Below, in pieces: positions 19,710-29,910 of a stretch of DNA of 64,000 nt; position 1 is the stretch's first letter, and every line of letters begins with the position of its first letter. Under the pieces are notes generated by a model. It saw only the letters and a program-made list of their open reading frames with translations, ran no database searches and had not been told where the DNA came from. The stretch lies in contig JANNYF010000012.1 in assembly GCA_031409955.1 (NCBI GenBank), forward strand, positions 25,927-89,926, written 5' to 3'. The translations under genes were made by a program, and so were the position numbers. Source of the DNA: Blastocatellia bacterium (lineage in GTDB: Bacteria; Acidobacteriota; Blastocatellia; RBC074).

Positions 19710-21653
19710 TCAGTGATTATACGACATGCAACCTGGTTCGACCGTGCCTAAAAAGCCCGGCTCATATTGCTGCCTGACCCAGAATTCTTTCTTCGCCTGA
19801 CAGTTGATGAGCGATGGCCGACTCTCTTTCACCGCGATTTGATAACAGCGTTCCAGCGCCGCGCGGAAATCACCCGGCTGGGTGACGTACTCGCCGTGCG
19901 CGCCGAGTCCTTCCGCGACTTTGTCATAACGCACGTTCTCTTGGAAGAGCTGTAAGCTCAGCGTCACGGGGCTGCGCGCGTTGCCCGTCCACGTGCCCCA
20001 GGCGTTGTTGTTGTAGACGATGACGATGATTGGCAGGCGATACTTCGAAGCGGTTTCGAGTTCCATGATCGTGTAGCCAATGCCCGCATCGCCCGTGACC
20101 GCAATCACTGGCGCGCCTTTGTACGCAGCTTGCGGGCCGATGCCGTGTCGCACCGCTACCGCCGCGCCGATTGCATAGCCGACATCCGGCCCGATATTGC
20201 CGTACTGATAAGCGCCGTTGAGAATCTGGCCCGGACGATAGCCACGCATCCGGCGGCGCACATAACGCGCGATGCCATAGCCGCCTGCGACAAAGGTCGT
20301 CTGTTCTTTGGGCAGCTTGCCATTGTACATAAAGTCAGTCAGCTCTTTGGCAATCACCGCCGGATGCACGGCGTCGGTGTAGCTCAAACCCTTCGCGTAA
20401 TGAGCATCATTCTCGTCCTCGAACTTTTTGCGCGCGGCAGCAATCTCCGCCACCCACGCATCGTGCTGCATTTTGGGCATTGCGTCAGCGAGTGCTTCCA
20501 AGGCGGCCTTTTCGCAACTGACCAGGCCAACATCAATCGGCAGATTACGGCCAATGTCTTCCACGCTGGGATCAATGCGGATGTATTTCGCATCCGGCCC
20601 AAAAGCGAAATCAATCACCGTCGGCATGCAGTACTGACCAACCAACATCACAACATCGGCGCTCGCCAATGCACCCGGCGACGCATTGGCCGAGAGTGGG
20701 CTTGCATCGGAGAATTGCCCTTTCATCGCGCCCGATTCAACCACCGGAATCTGCGCCTTTTCGGCCAGCGCCTTCAGTGCATCCCACGCGCGGCTGTAAA
20801 AGACGCCGTTGCTGGAAACGATGATCGGGCGCTGCGCCTGTTTGAGTAACTCGACCGCCGCCGCGACATCCTTCGGTCCCGGATGCGGCTTCGCAGTGGT
20901 ACGGTAGTGGGTCTTGTCATAGTAGTAATTCAAATCGCTCGCCGTTTTGAAGCTGGCACGCGCAACTTCAGCCGGAAAGTCCAGATGCACTGGGCGCGGA
21001 ATGCCGGAGCGCAACTGCCGAAACGCATACGCGCCATATTCATGCACACGGGCGGGCGTGATCAGACGTTTGCCGTATTTCTTCAAACCTTCGGTGGTTG
21101 GTTGCTGATATGCGAACTGGTTACCCGCCTCAGCGTCCTCTTCCAAGATTGTCTTGTTACTGGCCAGGACCAGCACCGGCGAGCGCGCTGCGTTGGCGGT
21201 GGCAATAGCGTTGATCATATCGGTAAAGCCAGGCCCTTCCGTACCCGAAGCCGCCGCGACCTCGCCCGTCACACGACAGAAGCCATCGGCAGCGGAGCAC
21301 ATCGCGCCTTCGTGCCGACCCGAGTAGGCCGGGACGCCTTCGAGTGCGATGGCGTTTATGATGGGATAATTGCCTGGACAACAGAACAGCGCGGCCAAGC
21401 CTTCTTCCTTGCAGATGCGGGCAAAGACCTGTGCGCCTGACATCGGAAAGGTTGCTTTCACGGGCGGCACGGCAACCGCTTTCGCAAACTCGTCAGGAAC
21501 TTTGATGGCGTTGGTTTCCGCCGCATGGGCTGGCTGATTCACCAGCGTCGCGGCAGCCGTCGCGCCCACGCCCGTCATCGCCTTGCGCATAAATTTTCTG
21601 CGTGAAACATCGGGTGCGGAGTCTTTTCCTGTTGGGTTGGTGATGTCATCCAT
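19710..21653 (-). CDS. Thiamine diphosphate-dependent enzyme (acetolactate synthase/benzoylformate decarboxylase superfamily) with twin-arginine (Tat) signal peptide
   Basis: RBS aggaaa precedes ATG at 21653. [30 protein letters not shown] Tat-type signal. Three-domain ThDP fold with the [15 protein letters not shown]...NN ThDP-binding motif. Confidence 0.8.
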   Translation of the reverse strand: MDDITNPTGKDSAPDVSRRKFMRKAMTGVGATAAATLVNQPAHAAETNAIKVPDEFAKAVAVPPVKATFPMSGAQVFARICKEEGLAALFCCPGNYPIINAIALEGVPAYSGRHEGAMCSAADGFCRVTGEVAAASGTEGPGFTDMINAIATANAARSPVLVLASNKTILEEDAEAGNQFAYQQPTTEGLKKYGKRLITPARVHEYGAYAFRQLRSGIPRPVHLDFPAEVARASFKTASDLNYYYDKTHYRTTAKPHPGPKDVAAAVELLKQAQRPIIVSSNGVFYSRAWDALKALAEKAQIPVVESGAMKGQFSDASPLSANASPGALASADVVMLVGQYCMPTVIDFAFGPDAKYIRIDPSVEDIGRNLPIDVGLVSCEKAALEALADAMPKMQHDAWVAEIAAARKKFEDENDAHYAKGLSYTDAVHPAVIAKELTDFMYNGKLPKEQTTFVAGGYGIARYVRRRMRGYRPGQILNGAYQYGNIGPDVGYAIGAAVAVRHGIGPQAAYKGAPVIAVTGDAGIGYTIMELETASKYRLPIIVIVYNNNAWGTWTGNARSPVTLSLQLFQENVRYDKVAEGLGAHGEYVTQPGDFRAALERCYQIAVKESRPSLINCQAKKEFWVRQQYEPGFLGTVEPGCMSYNH

Positions 21654-21914
21654 AACTATTTTCCTGTTCAAGTACGGAACGAAGTAGGTTCGGCGATTAT
21701 GAATTCGCGTAAGTTGTTCGCAAAACTTCAGAATGTCAGTAACGGTTGTTTTCGGTAGCGCTTGATTGAATGCTTGCCCAGATGAAAATCCGCCCAGAAT
21801 ATACGCCCAACTAAACTACTTTTGCAATGAGTTGCTGACCGTCCGGTAAGCATAGTAGGATTCTCGCTCGTTCACCTTCTGGCGCAAATATTCAATTACT
21901 TACAGGAGACAGTG

Positions 21915-23846
21915 ATGAAGCTACCCCGCAGGTTATTTTTGACAGTCCCGCGAAGCACGTTCACGACCATTGTCATGCTTGTGATTCTTGCGGGCTTCTG
22001 TTGGTATGAGGCCATTGCTCCGGCAGCCGCAAACCTCAACATCAACCCATCTTCATTGAGTAATCTGCCCGCTTTGCAACAAGCCGCTGTCGCCACTTCG
22101 CCCGAAGGCGAGGCCATTTACAAACAACGATGCGCAGTTTGTCACGATAATCCCGGAGATCGGATTCCGCCGCTGTTTCTCATTCGGCGTCGTTATGCTG
22201 AAGACGTCATACAAACTCTCACCAGCGGTTCGATGAAGCAACAGGCGGCGGGGCTGAGCGCGGAGCAGATTAAGGCATTGGCGCTGCACTTGACTGGAAA
22301 GCAGCCGGGGCTACCTTTGCAGTTAAATAACAAAGTCAATCTTTGTGGTGGAACGCCTGTGCAGCTTAACCTCAAAGCGCCAAACTGGAATGGATGGGGG
22401 CGTGATTATGACAACTCGCGCTTTCAGCCGAAGCCGGGCCTCAAAGCCGAAGACGTGCCGCGCCTAAAAGTGAAATGGGCGTGGGCGCATCCGGGGCCAA
22501 TGGCGACAGGGCAGCCGACAATCATCGGAGATCGTTTGTATGTCACGACCGAGATGGGACAGCTTTATTGTCTCAACGCGCAAACAGGTTGCACCTATTG
22601 GACGATGAATGCGGGCGCAACAGTGGTGGCGGCGATGAGTGTTGGTGCCTTGCCCGCCGGATCACCGGCTAAATATGCCGTTTATTTTGGCGATGCGAAA
22701 TCCCAACTCCAAGCGGTGGATGCAATGACCGGCAAACTGTTGTGGAAGACCAAGGTGGAAGATCATTTTCTGGCCCGCATCACAGGCGCACCTGTACTCT
22801 ATCGCAATCGCATTTATGTGCCGGTTTCGTCGTATGAAGAAACGGCTGGACGCGATCCCAAATACGAATGCTGCAAGTTTCGCGGCAGCGTGGTGGCGCT
22901 TAATGCAAACACCGGCAAGATCATCTGGAAAACGTTTACGGTGCAAGAGGAGCCGAAGCCTTTCAAGAAGAATTCAACCGGCACACAAATGTATGGCCCG
23001 GCAGGAGGCGCGATTTGGTCTGCGCCGACACTTGATGTGAAGCGCAATGTTTTGTACGTCGGCACAGGCAATTCGTACACGGATGTTGAGACGGGCCAGA
23101 CCGATGCGATCATGGCGTTTGATCTGACCACCGGCAAAGTGAAATGGACGAATCAACTCACCCCGAAAGACAACTACCTCGTCGGTTGTCGGCAACCCGG
23201 CGTGGGCAATTGTCCGAAAGAAGCTGGCCCCGATTACGATTTCGGCAGTTCGCCCATTTTGCGCACCCTGCCCAACGGCAAGCAGATTCTGATCACAGGG
23301 CAGAAGTCTGGCGCTGTCTACGGCCTTGACCCGGACAACAATGGGAAGAAAATTTGGGAGGCCAAAGTTGGCGGCGGCGGTGCGCTCGGCGGGATCGAAT
23401 GGGGCTTTGCGGCGGACGCGGAAAATGTGTATGTGCCGATGGCCGATGTAGGTGGGCCAAACCGCAAACCCGGGATTACGGCCTTGCAGATTGCGACAGG
23501 TGCAAAACGCTGGTATGTGCCTGCTCCCCCGGCAAAATGCAATTGGGGGACGACCCGTTGCAATAACGCCCAATCCGCCGCCGCGACGCTTATCCCCGGC
23601 GTCGTCTTTTCCGGCACGATGGATGGTCACTTACGCGGATACGCCACCAAAGACGGCACAATCCTTTGGGATTACGACACTGCCGCGCCCATCCAGACAG
23701 TCAACGCCGGTCTGACGAAAGGCGGCACGCTGGATGGTGGCGGGCCAACGGTGGCGAATGGGGTACTGTATACCAATTCCGGCTACGGTCGAATCGTCGG
23801 GCAACCGGGGAATTTGTTGTTGGCCTTTACCGTAGACGGCAAGTAA
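21915..23846 (+). CDS. PQQ-dependent dehydrogenase with N-terminal cytochrome c domain (polyvinyl-alcohol dehydrogenase-like quinohemoprotein)
   Basis: RBS caggagac. N-terminal anchor/signal, CAVCH heme motif, then an 8-bladed PQQ beta-propeller with W/G motifs. N-terminal heme placement matches PVA-DH-type quinohemoproteins. Confidence 0.75.
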   Translation: MKLPRRLFLTVPRSTFTTIVMLVILAGFCWYEAIAPAAANLNINPSSLSNLPALQQAAVATSPEGEAIYKQRCAVCHDNPGDRIPPLFLIRRRYAEDVIQTLTSGSMKQQAAGLSAEQIKALALHLTGKQPGLPLQLNNKVNLCGGTPVQLNLKAPNWNGWGRDYDNSRFQPKPGLKAEDVPRLKVKWAWAHPGPMATGQPTIIGDRLYVTTEMGQLYCLNAQTGCTYWTMNAGATVVAAMSVGALPAGSPAKYAVYFGDAKSQLQAVDAMTGKLLWKTKVEDHFLARITGAPVLYRNRIYVPVSSYEETAGRDPKYECCKFRGSVVALNANTGKIIWKTFTVQEEPKPFKKNSTGTQMYGPAGGAIWSAPTLDVKRNVLYVGTGNSYTDVETGQTDAIMAFDLTTGKVKWTNQLTPKDNYLVGCRQPGVGNCPKEAGPDYDFGSSPILRTLPNGKQILITGQKSGAVYGLDPDNNGKKIWEAKVGGGGALGGIEWGFAADAENVYVPMADVGGPNRKPGITALQIATGAKRWYVPAPPAKCNWGTTRCNNAQSAAATLIPGVVFSGTMDGHLRGYATKDGTILWDYDTAAPIQTVNAGLTKGGTLDGGGPTVANGVLYTNSGYGRIVGQPGNLLLAFTVDGK

Positions 23847-23868
23847 GCCGTGCGGGCAAAACGAAGCG

Positions 23869-26046
23869 CTACAAATTCTCCAAAATAAATCGCGTCATCA
23901 ACGTGCGCATGTGTTTGACCTGATACGGATCAACGACGCCGTGCCGCGCTTTCGGATAGACCATCAGTTCAAACTGCTTGCCCGCCTTTTGCAATTCGTA
24001 CACAAGCTGAATCGTGTTTTGCATGTGGACATTGTCGTCCATCGTGCCGTGAATCAGCAGCAGTTTGCCGCTCAGGTTTTTCGCGGCTTTGATGACCGAT
24101 GTTTTCGCGTAGCCGTCAGGATTGTTCTGTGGCGTCAGCATATAACGCTCAGTGTAAATCGTGGCGTACAAATTCCAATCCGTCACCGACCCGCCCGCGA
24201 TACCGATTTTGAAAACGTTCGAGTGCGTCATCGCATACGACGTCATAAACCCGCCATAGCTCCAACCGTTCAAGCCAATGCGCGAACCATCTACGAACGG
24301 CAATGATTTCAAGTACGCGACGCCATCTTCCAAATCGCGCAATTCGCCAACGCCTAAGTTTTTATAAGCCGTCCACGTAGATTCCGCACCTTTGCCAGAC
24401 GCGCTGCGATTGTCGCAGACCCAGATGACGTAGCCTTTCTGCGCCAGCATCTGATGCCACATGAAATTTTCACCGTTCCACCGATTCCCGACGCGCTGCG
24501 CATGCGGGCCGCTGTAAGTGAAGCTCCAGACGGGATATTTTTTGTTGGGGTCAAAATCCGGCGGCTTAATCATCATCGCTTCCATCAGAAAGCCGTCACG
24601 GTTTTTGACTTGCAGGAATTCGGGCTGGCTGAGCTTGTATTGTTTCAGCGCCTCCACTTTGTTTTCATCAATCGCGCGTACTAACGAGCCATCGTATTTG
24701 TACAAACGCGCCTGAATCGGCGTTGTGACATCGCTCGATGTATCAATGAAGTGGTTGAAGGTTGGGTCAAAGCTGGCGTTATGTGTGCCTGCGGTTTGGG
24801 TCAATCGTTGCAAACCGGAGCCATCCATCTTGATGCGGTAAGCATCGCTGCCGATGTAGCTGTGTTCCGTGCCGGAAAAATACACCCAGCCATTTTTCTC
24901 ATCCACGCCGTGCAGCGTGCGCGCTTCCCACTTACCCGACGTGATCTGTGACGACAGCTTGCCATCGTTCGAGTAGCGATAAATATGCTTCCATCCATTG
25001 CGCTCGCTTAAAAACAAAAACGTGCCGTCATTCAACCAGCGCGGCAATTCGGTGTCATCGGCTTCGATCCACGCAGGCGTTTGTTCACGAAACAGATTCG
25101 TCGTTTGCCCATTCGCTGGGTCAGCCAAATTCACATCCAGCCATGTCTGTTCGCGGTTTGTGATGTGATAGACAACGCGCGAACTGTCGGGCTTCCAACC
25201 GACGCGTGCGATGATGGCTTGGTCGTTGCTGTATTTCGCAATGTCTACCCATTTGGTATCGCCGCTGCTGATGCTCACAATGCCGAGCTTGACGTTCGGA
25301 TTGGGCTGGCCTGCTTTGGGGTAGTTATACAATTCGACATCTTGTTGATTTGGGATGTGGTCAACGACCGTGAATTCTTTGACAGGCGCTTCATCAAGCT
25401 GTAAATACGCGAGCTTCGATGAATCGGGCGACCACCAATAACTTTTGAAATCGCCACGTCCGTAGACTTCTTCCTGATAAACCCAATCGAGTTTGCCGTT
25501 GAAAAGTTTCGCATTGCCGTCCGTAGTCAGCGCGGTTTCCTGTTGCGTCGCAATGTCCACGACAAACAGATTGAAGTTGCGCACGAACGCCACTTTCTTG
25601 CCGTCGGGACTGAGGTCTTCGTTCTCTTCGGCGTCGCTGGTTTTGGTCAGGCGAAGCACGGTGTCGCTGCCAAATTGGTAGTAATACAAATCGTGCTTGA
25701 CGTTGACGAGTGCCGCATTAAATTTGGCTCTGACTTGCGTCGGGTTGGTGGCGAGACGTTTCGCCTCAGCCGCGGTAATGCCTTCGAGCTTGGTGAGCGC
25801 CGCTTCCATTTTCGCGGCATCATAAAACGGTTCGGCCTTGCCCGTCGCGGCTTCGACCTTCATCAACTGCGTGCCGCGCCGTTCCAGATAATAGTTGCCG
25901 TCAAGCCACGTCATTTGAAAGGTCAGCCGACCGCTGAAATTGACGCGCTTGTCGGGATCGTAAATGTCGTCGAGGGTGAGCAGTTTGTCCTGCGCAAAAA
26001 CGGTGAAGGAAAAAAGCAAGAAGGCAAAGGCCGCGATTCGTCGCAT
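23869..26046 (-). CDS. Dipeptidyl-peptidase IV family serine peptidase (S9B)
   Basis: Signal peptide. DPP-IV N-terminal propeller region plus prolyl oligopeptidase catalytic domain with GWSYGG nucleophile elbow and distal Asp/His. Confidence 0.85.
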   Translation of the reverse strand: MRRIAAFAFLLFSFTVFAQDKLLTLDDIYDPDKRVNFSGRLTFQMTWLDGNYYLERRGTQLMKVEAATGKAEPFYDAAKMEAALTKLEGITAAEAKRLATNPTQVRAKFNAALVNVKHDLYYYQFGSDTVLRLTKTSDAEENEDLSPDGKKVAFVRNFNLFVVDIATQQETALTTDGNAKLFNGKLDWVYQEEVYGRGDFKSYWWSPDSSKLAYLQLDEAPVKEFTVVDHIPNQQDVELYNYPKAGQPNPNVKLGIVSISSGDTKWVDIAKYSNDQAIIARVGWKPDSSRVVYHITNREQTWLDVNLADPANGQTTNLFREQTPAWIEADDTELPRWLNDGTFLFLSERNGWKHIYRYSNDGKLSSQITSGKWEARTLHGVDEKNGWVYFSGTEHSYIGSDAYRIKMDGSGLQRLTQTAGTHNASFDPTFNHFIDTSSDVTTPIQARLYKYDGSLVRAIDENKVEALKQYKLSQPEFLQVKNRDGFLMEAMMIKPPDFDPNKKYPVWSFTYSGPHAQRVGNRWNGENFMWHQMLAQKGYVIWVCDNRSASGKGAESTWTAYKNLGVGELRDLEDGVAYLKSLPFVDGSRIGLNGWSYGGFMTSYAMTHSNVFKIGIAGGSVTDWNLYATIYTERYMLTPQNNPDGYAKTSVIKAAKNLSGKLLLIHGTMDDNVHMQNTIQLVYELQKAGKQFELMVYPKARHGVVDPYQVKHMRTLMTRFILENL

Positions 26047-26176
26047 AGTGTGAGTCTCCTGTCAAAAATTGATTACATCACGAAGCTTAGCGAACGTTGC
26101 GAAAAAAACAAACCGCCAATAGGCTTCGCGCCAGGATTTTGCTATCCTGCGCCGCGACAAACATTCACCAATTGCA

Positions 26177-27169
26177 ATGCAACGTATGACGAACAAACTC
26201 CCAACCTCCATCACCGAACACACCGTTTTACCGCTCATCGCCGCCCCCATGTTTTTGGTCTCTGGTGTCGAGCTTGTCACCGCCGCTTGTAAATCCGGCG
26301 TCATCGGCACCTTTCCTGTCCTGAACGCACGAACCAGCGAAGCGCTTGATGATTGGATGCAACGCATCACGAGCGATCTTGCGGCGGTGAAAGTAGCAGA
26401 CCCAAAAGCACGCATCGCCCCGTGGGGCATCAACCTCGTCACGCATCGCACGAACCCGCGCTTGCAACCGGATTTGGATTTGACGGTGAAATACCAAACG
26501 CCCATCGTCATCACTTCGCTCGGCAGCCCCGCGCCTGCCGTCGAAGCCGTGCATTCGTATGGCGGTTTGGTCTTCAGCGATGTCATCAACATCAGCTTTG
26601 CGAAAAAGGCTGCGCAAGCCGGGGTTGATGGCCTCGTGCTGGTTTGCGCAGGCGCAGGCGGACACGCGGGAACGCTGTCACCGTTTGCGTTTCTGAAAGC
26701 CGTGCGCGAATTCTTTGACGGCATCATCGTGTTGGCTGGCGCAATGTCCAGCGGGCGTGACATTCGCGCGGCGCAAGTTTTGGGCGCAGATTTGATTTAC
26801 TTCGGCACATCGTTCATCGCTACGACCGAAAGTCTGGCGACGCAGGACTATCAGCAAATGCTGGTGGATGCGACGATGGACGATTTGATTTACACGAACG
26901 CGTTCAGCGGCGCATACGCGAATATGCTCAAGCCGAGCATCGTCGCGGCGGGCATTGATCCTGCCACGCTCAAGCCGAAAGAATCCGTAGATTTCAGCCA
27001 TCTGGTCAGCGGCGAAACCAAAGCATGGAAGCACATCTGGTCAGCCGGGCAAGGTGTGAGCTTCGTGCGCGAGATTCAACCTACCGCCGAACTGGTTGCG
27101 CAATTGCGCCGTGAATATGCGGAAGTGGTGGCGGAAGAGCGGCGCGGCGATGCGTGGATGAATTTGTAA
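26177..27169 (+). CDS. Nitronate monooxygenase (NMO; 2-nitropropane dioxygenase-like FMN enzyme)
   Basis: LPLIAAPMFLVSGVELVTAACKSGVIGTF motif and TIM-barrel FMN-binding signature. Confidence 0.85.
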   Translation: MQRMTNKLPTSITEHTVLPLIAAPMFLVSGVELVTAACKSGVIGTFPVLNARTSEALDDWMQRITSDLAAVKVADPKARIAPWGINLVTHRTNPRLQPDLDLTVKYQTPIVITSLGSPAPAVEAVHSYGGLVFSDVINISFAKKAAQAGVDGLVLVCAGAGGHAGTLSPFAFLKAVREFFDGIIVLAGAMSSGRDIRAAQVLGADLIYFGTSFIATTESLATQDYQQMLVDATMDDLIYTNAFSGAYANMLKPSIVAAGIDPATLKPKESVDFSHLVSGETKAWKHIWSAGQGVSFVREIQPTAELVAQLRREYAEVVAEERRGDAWMNL

Positions 27170-27218
27170 CGGAGCGGAACTGTGCCCGCGCTGCACCATC
27201 AATAACAGGAGCCATCGA

Positions 27219-27485
27219 ATGCGACTTTTGACTTTGTTCGTTCTGTTCGCCGTTTCTTTCACGATATTGAATCAATCCACCAGCGCGCAAAATCGCACAC
27301 GCATCAAACGCCTTGACGGCAGCACGATCACGACTGTCGAAATCGAAAGCCGAAATGCTGAAACCGCAAATTCAAATTTATTCCAAAGCCCAATTCCCAA
27401 CGCTCAGAACCGAAACGACGGACGAAAATCGCAAGATCAAATTGGCGTACGGGTTAGGCTAGGGCTTGTTTCAATCACCCGATAG
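27219..27485 (+). CDS. Small secreted hypothetical protein (uncertain)
   Basis: Signal-peptide-like N-terminus MRLLTLFVLFAVSFTIL, only 88 aa. Lies in a decayed segment next to a palindromic element. Confidence 0.3.
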   Translation: MRLLTLFVLFAVSFTILNQSTSAQNRTRIKRLDGSTITTVEIESRNAETANSNLFQSPIPNAQNRNDGRKSQDQIGVRVRLGLVSITR

Positions 27486-27516
27486 CGGTTTGCAGATGGG
27501 TGCGCCCTGCGCGAAA

Positions 27517-27598
27517 TGTCCGACAAACTTCAGTTTTTCTTGTGCTGGCGGTGAGTGCCACTTGCCGAAGCTGATGACAAACTGAAGTTTGTCGGACA
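27517..27598. repeat. Family B palindromic element: perfect 20-bp inverted repeat (tgtccgacaaacttcagttt / aaactgaagtttgtcggaca), 42-nt spacer
   Basis: Seen directly. Paralog of the 11240-11303 element. Confidence 0.6.
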
Positions 27599-27614
27599 GG
27601 GCGCACGCAAATGA

Positions 27615-27824
27615 AATCCGCCCTATGGCAAAGCCTATTTCAAGGAGGGCCACGACGATGGCTGGGAAAATCCTTGCGTTGTGTTTGCCGACAAAAAGAT
27701 CGGCCTCGCGCTCATGGCCAACAGCGGCAATGGCGACAGCATTTTCAAAGAATTGTTGGGCGTATTGCTGAAAGATACGTTCACGCCCTGGCAATGGGAA
27801 GGCTACGTTCCTTACAACTCGTAA
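27615..27824 (+). pseudogene. Gene remnant: C-terminal about 69 codons of an unidentified protein (possibly serine-hydrolase-like), no start codon
   Basis: An open frame beginning right after an in-frame TGA, with protein-like sequence ...GWENPCVVFADKKIGLALMANSGNGDSIFKELLGVLLKDTFTPWQWEGYVPYNS. Directly abuts the family B element. Confidence 0.3.
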
Positions 27825-27914
27825 ACGATGACTGCTCCTCGTACCTTATCGGACTTATTTTCTCCCGACGGAAGAGTACGGCGAGCAGTAGCGAGTTGGT
27901 GCAGCCGGACATTG

Positions 27915-29678
27915 CTATGGAGTCCTCGCGGACAGCACAACTCGCAACCCGATATTGTTGAGGCTGGTGACGCCGGGCTGAATAACGGAGCGGCTGGCGG
28001 AGTGGCAATAAATAGCGCTGCGGCCCCACGCCCCGCCCCGCACTACCCGCTTACTATTATCGTCTCCCGTCACCCAGGCGCTTCCGTCACTCGGCGCACC
28101 GGCATAATTTTCGTGCCACATATCTTCGCACCACTCCGCCACGTTTCCATGCATGTCATATAACCCAAATCCATTCGCCACCCCCAGACTTCCCACTGAC
28201 TTGGTGCGAAAACTATCCTTTGCGGCTTGCTGGTTGAGATAGATCCCATTGTAATTCTCAATCTGAGTGCTGAGCGTATCGCCAAAGGCAAACGCAGTTG
28301 TCGTCCCCGCGCGTGCGGCGTATTCCCATTCGGCTTCGGTGGGCAGCCGATAATTGTGTCCGGTTCGCGCGCTCAGTTTGCGGCAGAACTCCTGTGCCTC
28401 TTCCCAACTCACTTGTTCTACGGGCAGATCCATATCGCCTTTGAAATGGGCGGGATTGTTGCCCATGATTGCTTGCCACTGCGCCTGTGTCACCTCATAG
28501 CTGCCCATCGCAAACCCGCTGACGCGCACTTGATGCTGTGGCTGGTTATTAGTGAACCACCCGAGTTGCGCGTATTTGTCGTAGCGTTTGGCTTCTGCAA
28601 AAGCCTTTTGTGCTGCGCTGTTGGTCGAACCCATCTGAAATGTCCCGCCCGGAATTTCCACCATCGGTAATTTCACGCCGTTGCCCAAATCTTCGACGAA
28701 GCCCCAGCCTTGGTCTTGCCGTTGGTTCACGACGTTTCCATTCACCTCTACGCTGGCGGTCACAAAGCTCATGGCTGCGAGTGGCACGCCTGCCACACTC
28801 ATCCGCACCGTTGGCTTCGTGACGGGCGGCGCAGTCGCAGTTACGGGCGTGGGTATGATTACTGGCGGTGGTGGCATAGCACTATTGGGCGGAAGGAAGT
28901 AAAAATCTTCGCCTTCAACCGAGGTGTATTCATACGGCACTTGCTGACCGCCCGATTTGCTGCGCACGCTGGTGCGGGTGCGGCGGAAGACGGATTCCAA
29001 CGTCAGTCCCGGTGTCTTCAGGTTCGTCAACAGTTCTTGCGTGAAGAGTCCGTTGCGGCCTGCGCCATCGCTGGCGACATTATTCTCGGCGGTAGCATAC
29101 GCGACCAGGGTTCCGGTGGGTGCGCCGCGCGTTATGGCTAACCCGCGTGACTCCGTGCGGAAGCTGCGCGCAAACGGATTGTTGCGGCAGGCATCGAGAA
29201 TCACGATGTTGAGCTTGTTGCGTGCATCCTCCATTTGTGCCAGTACGAAATTCACGCTGACGGATTCATCTTCGACTTCGGTGTCTTTGGTGATCTCTGC
29301 GCCCACGGGAATCATGAAATTTGTGTTGTTCACCTGCACACCGTGCCCGGCGAAGTAGAACAATCCGACGCCACCGTTGCGAATCTTCTCGCCAAACTGA
29401 CGGATCAACTCGCGCATTTGTTTCCGATTTTGGTCCGCCCCGTGCAGCACTTCAAACCCGGCGGTACGCAATGTGGCCGCGATGTCGTGCGCATCGTTGA
29501 CGGGATTCGTCAGTGAGCCTTGCGCATACGCGCCGTTACCGATGACGAGCGCGATGCGTCGTTCGTTCGGGGTTTGTCGTATCACGTTGAGACTCCGATC
29601 CTGCTGGGCGTGAGAAATCATCTGTGGCATCAGCGCGATGACACAAAATAGGGTGAGAACCAATCTGCCAAGATACAT
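27915..29678 (-). CDS. Secreted caspase-like (peptidase C14) domain protein fused to a formylglycine-generating-enzyme (FGE/SUMF1) type domain
   Basis: RBS ggaga precedes ATG at 29678. Signal peptide. IALVIGNGAYA...HG...FYFAGHG...DACRN caspase His/Cys dyad context. C-terminal RLPTEAEWEYAARAG...GLYDMHGNVAEWCEDMW...VVRGGAW FGE-sulfatase motifs. Confidence 0.8.
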   Translation of the reverse strand: MYLGRLVLTLFCVIALMPQMISHAQQDRSLNVIRQTPNERRIALVIGNGAYAQGSLTNPVNDAHDIAATLRTAGFEVLHGADQNRKQMRELIRQFGEKIRNGGVGLFYFAGHGVQVNNTNFMIPVGAEITKDTEVEDESVSVNFVLAQMEDARNKLNIVILDACRNNPFARSFRTESRGLAITRGAPTGTLVAYATAENNVASDGAGRNGLFTQELLTNLKTPGLTLESVFRRTRTSVRSKSGGQQVPYEYTSVEGEDFYFLPPNSAMPPPPVIIPTPVTATAPPVTKPTVRMSVAGVPLAAMSFVTASVEVNGNVVNQRQDQGWGFVEDLGNGVKLPMVEIPGGTFQMGSTNSAAQKAFAEAKRYDKYAQLGWFTNNQPQHQVRVSGFAMGSYEVTQAQWQAIMGNNPAHFKGDMDLPVEQVSWEEAQEFCRKLSARTGHNYRLPTEAEWEYAARAGTTTAFAFGDTLSTQIENYNGIYLNQQAAKDSFRTKSVGSLGVANGFGLYDMHGNVAEWCEDMWHENYAGAPSDGSAWVTGDDNSKRVVRGGAWGRSAIYCHSASRSVIQPGVTSLNNIGLRVVLSARTP

Positions 29679-29910
29679 TGTTGCAATCTCCTGATGGAAC
29701 CAAGTATTGCTGAGCGATGCGCATTTTACACATCTCTCAAAATCAATGCACAGGAAAATTGGAACTCGGTACGGTACGAGGAGCGGTGGCAACTGGATAC
29801 TCTAGGTCTCTCAACTCGCTACCGCTCGCCGTACTCTACCGATTCTTCCGAAGTTTGCTACAATGCGCCCTCTTGCAATCCAAATATAGCAACGATTGAG
29901 GAACTCATCC

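Noticed and set aside
20130-21440. Plus-strand ORFs of 239 and 185 aa
   Set aside because: Antisense to the ThDP enzyme gene. Arg/Ala-rich low-complexity translation typical of GC-rich shadow frames.
21912-21953. Twin-arginine-like PRRLFL in the PQQ quinohemoprotein N-terminus
   Set aside because: c-type haem attachment requires Sec export of the unfolded apoprotein, so this is more likely a Sec signal anchor than a Tat signal.
25543-26763. ORFs 25543-26292 (+) and 26062-26763 (-)
   Set aside because: Antisense to the DPP-IV and nitronate monooxygenase genes respectively.
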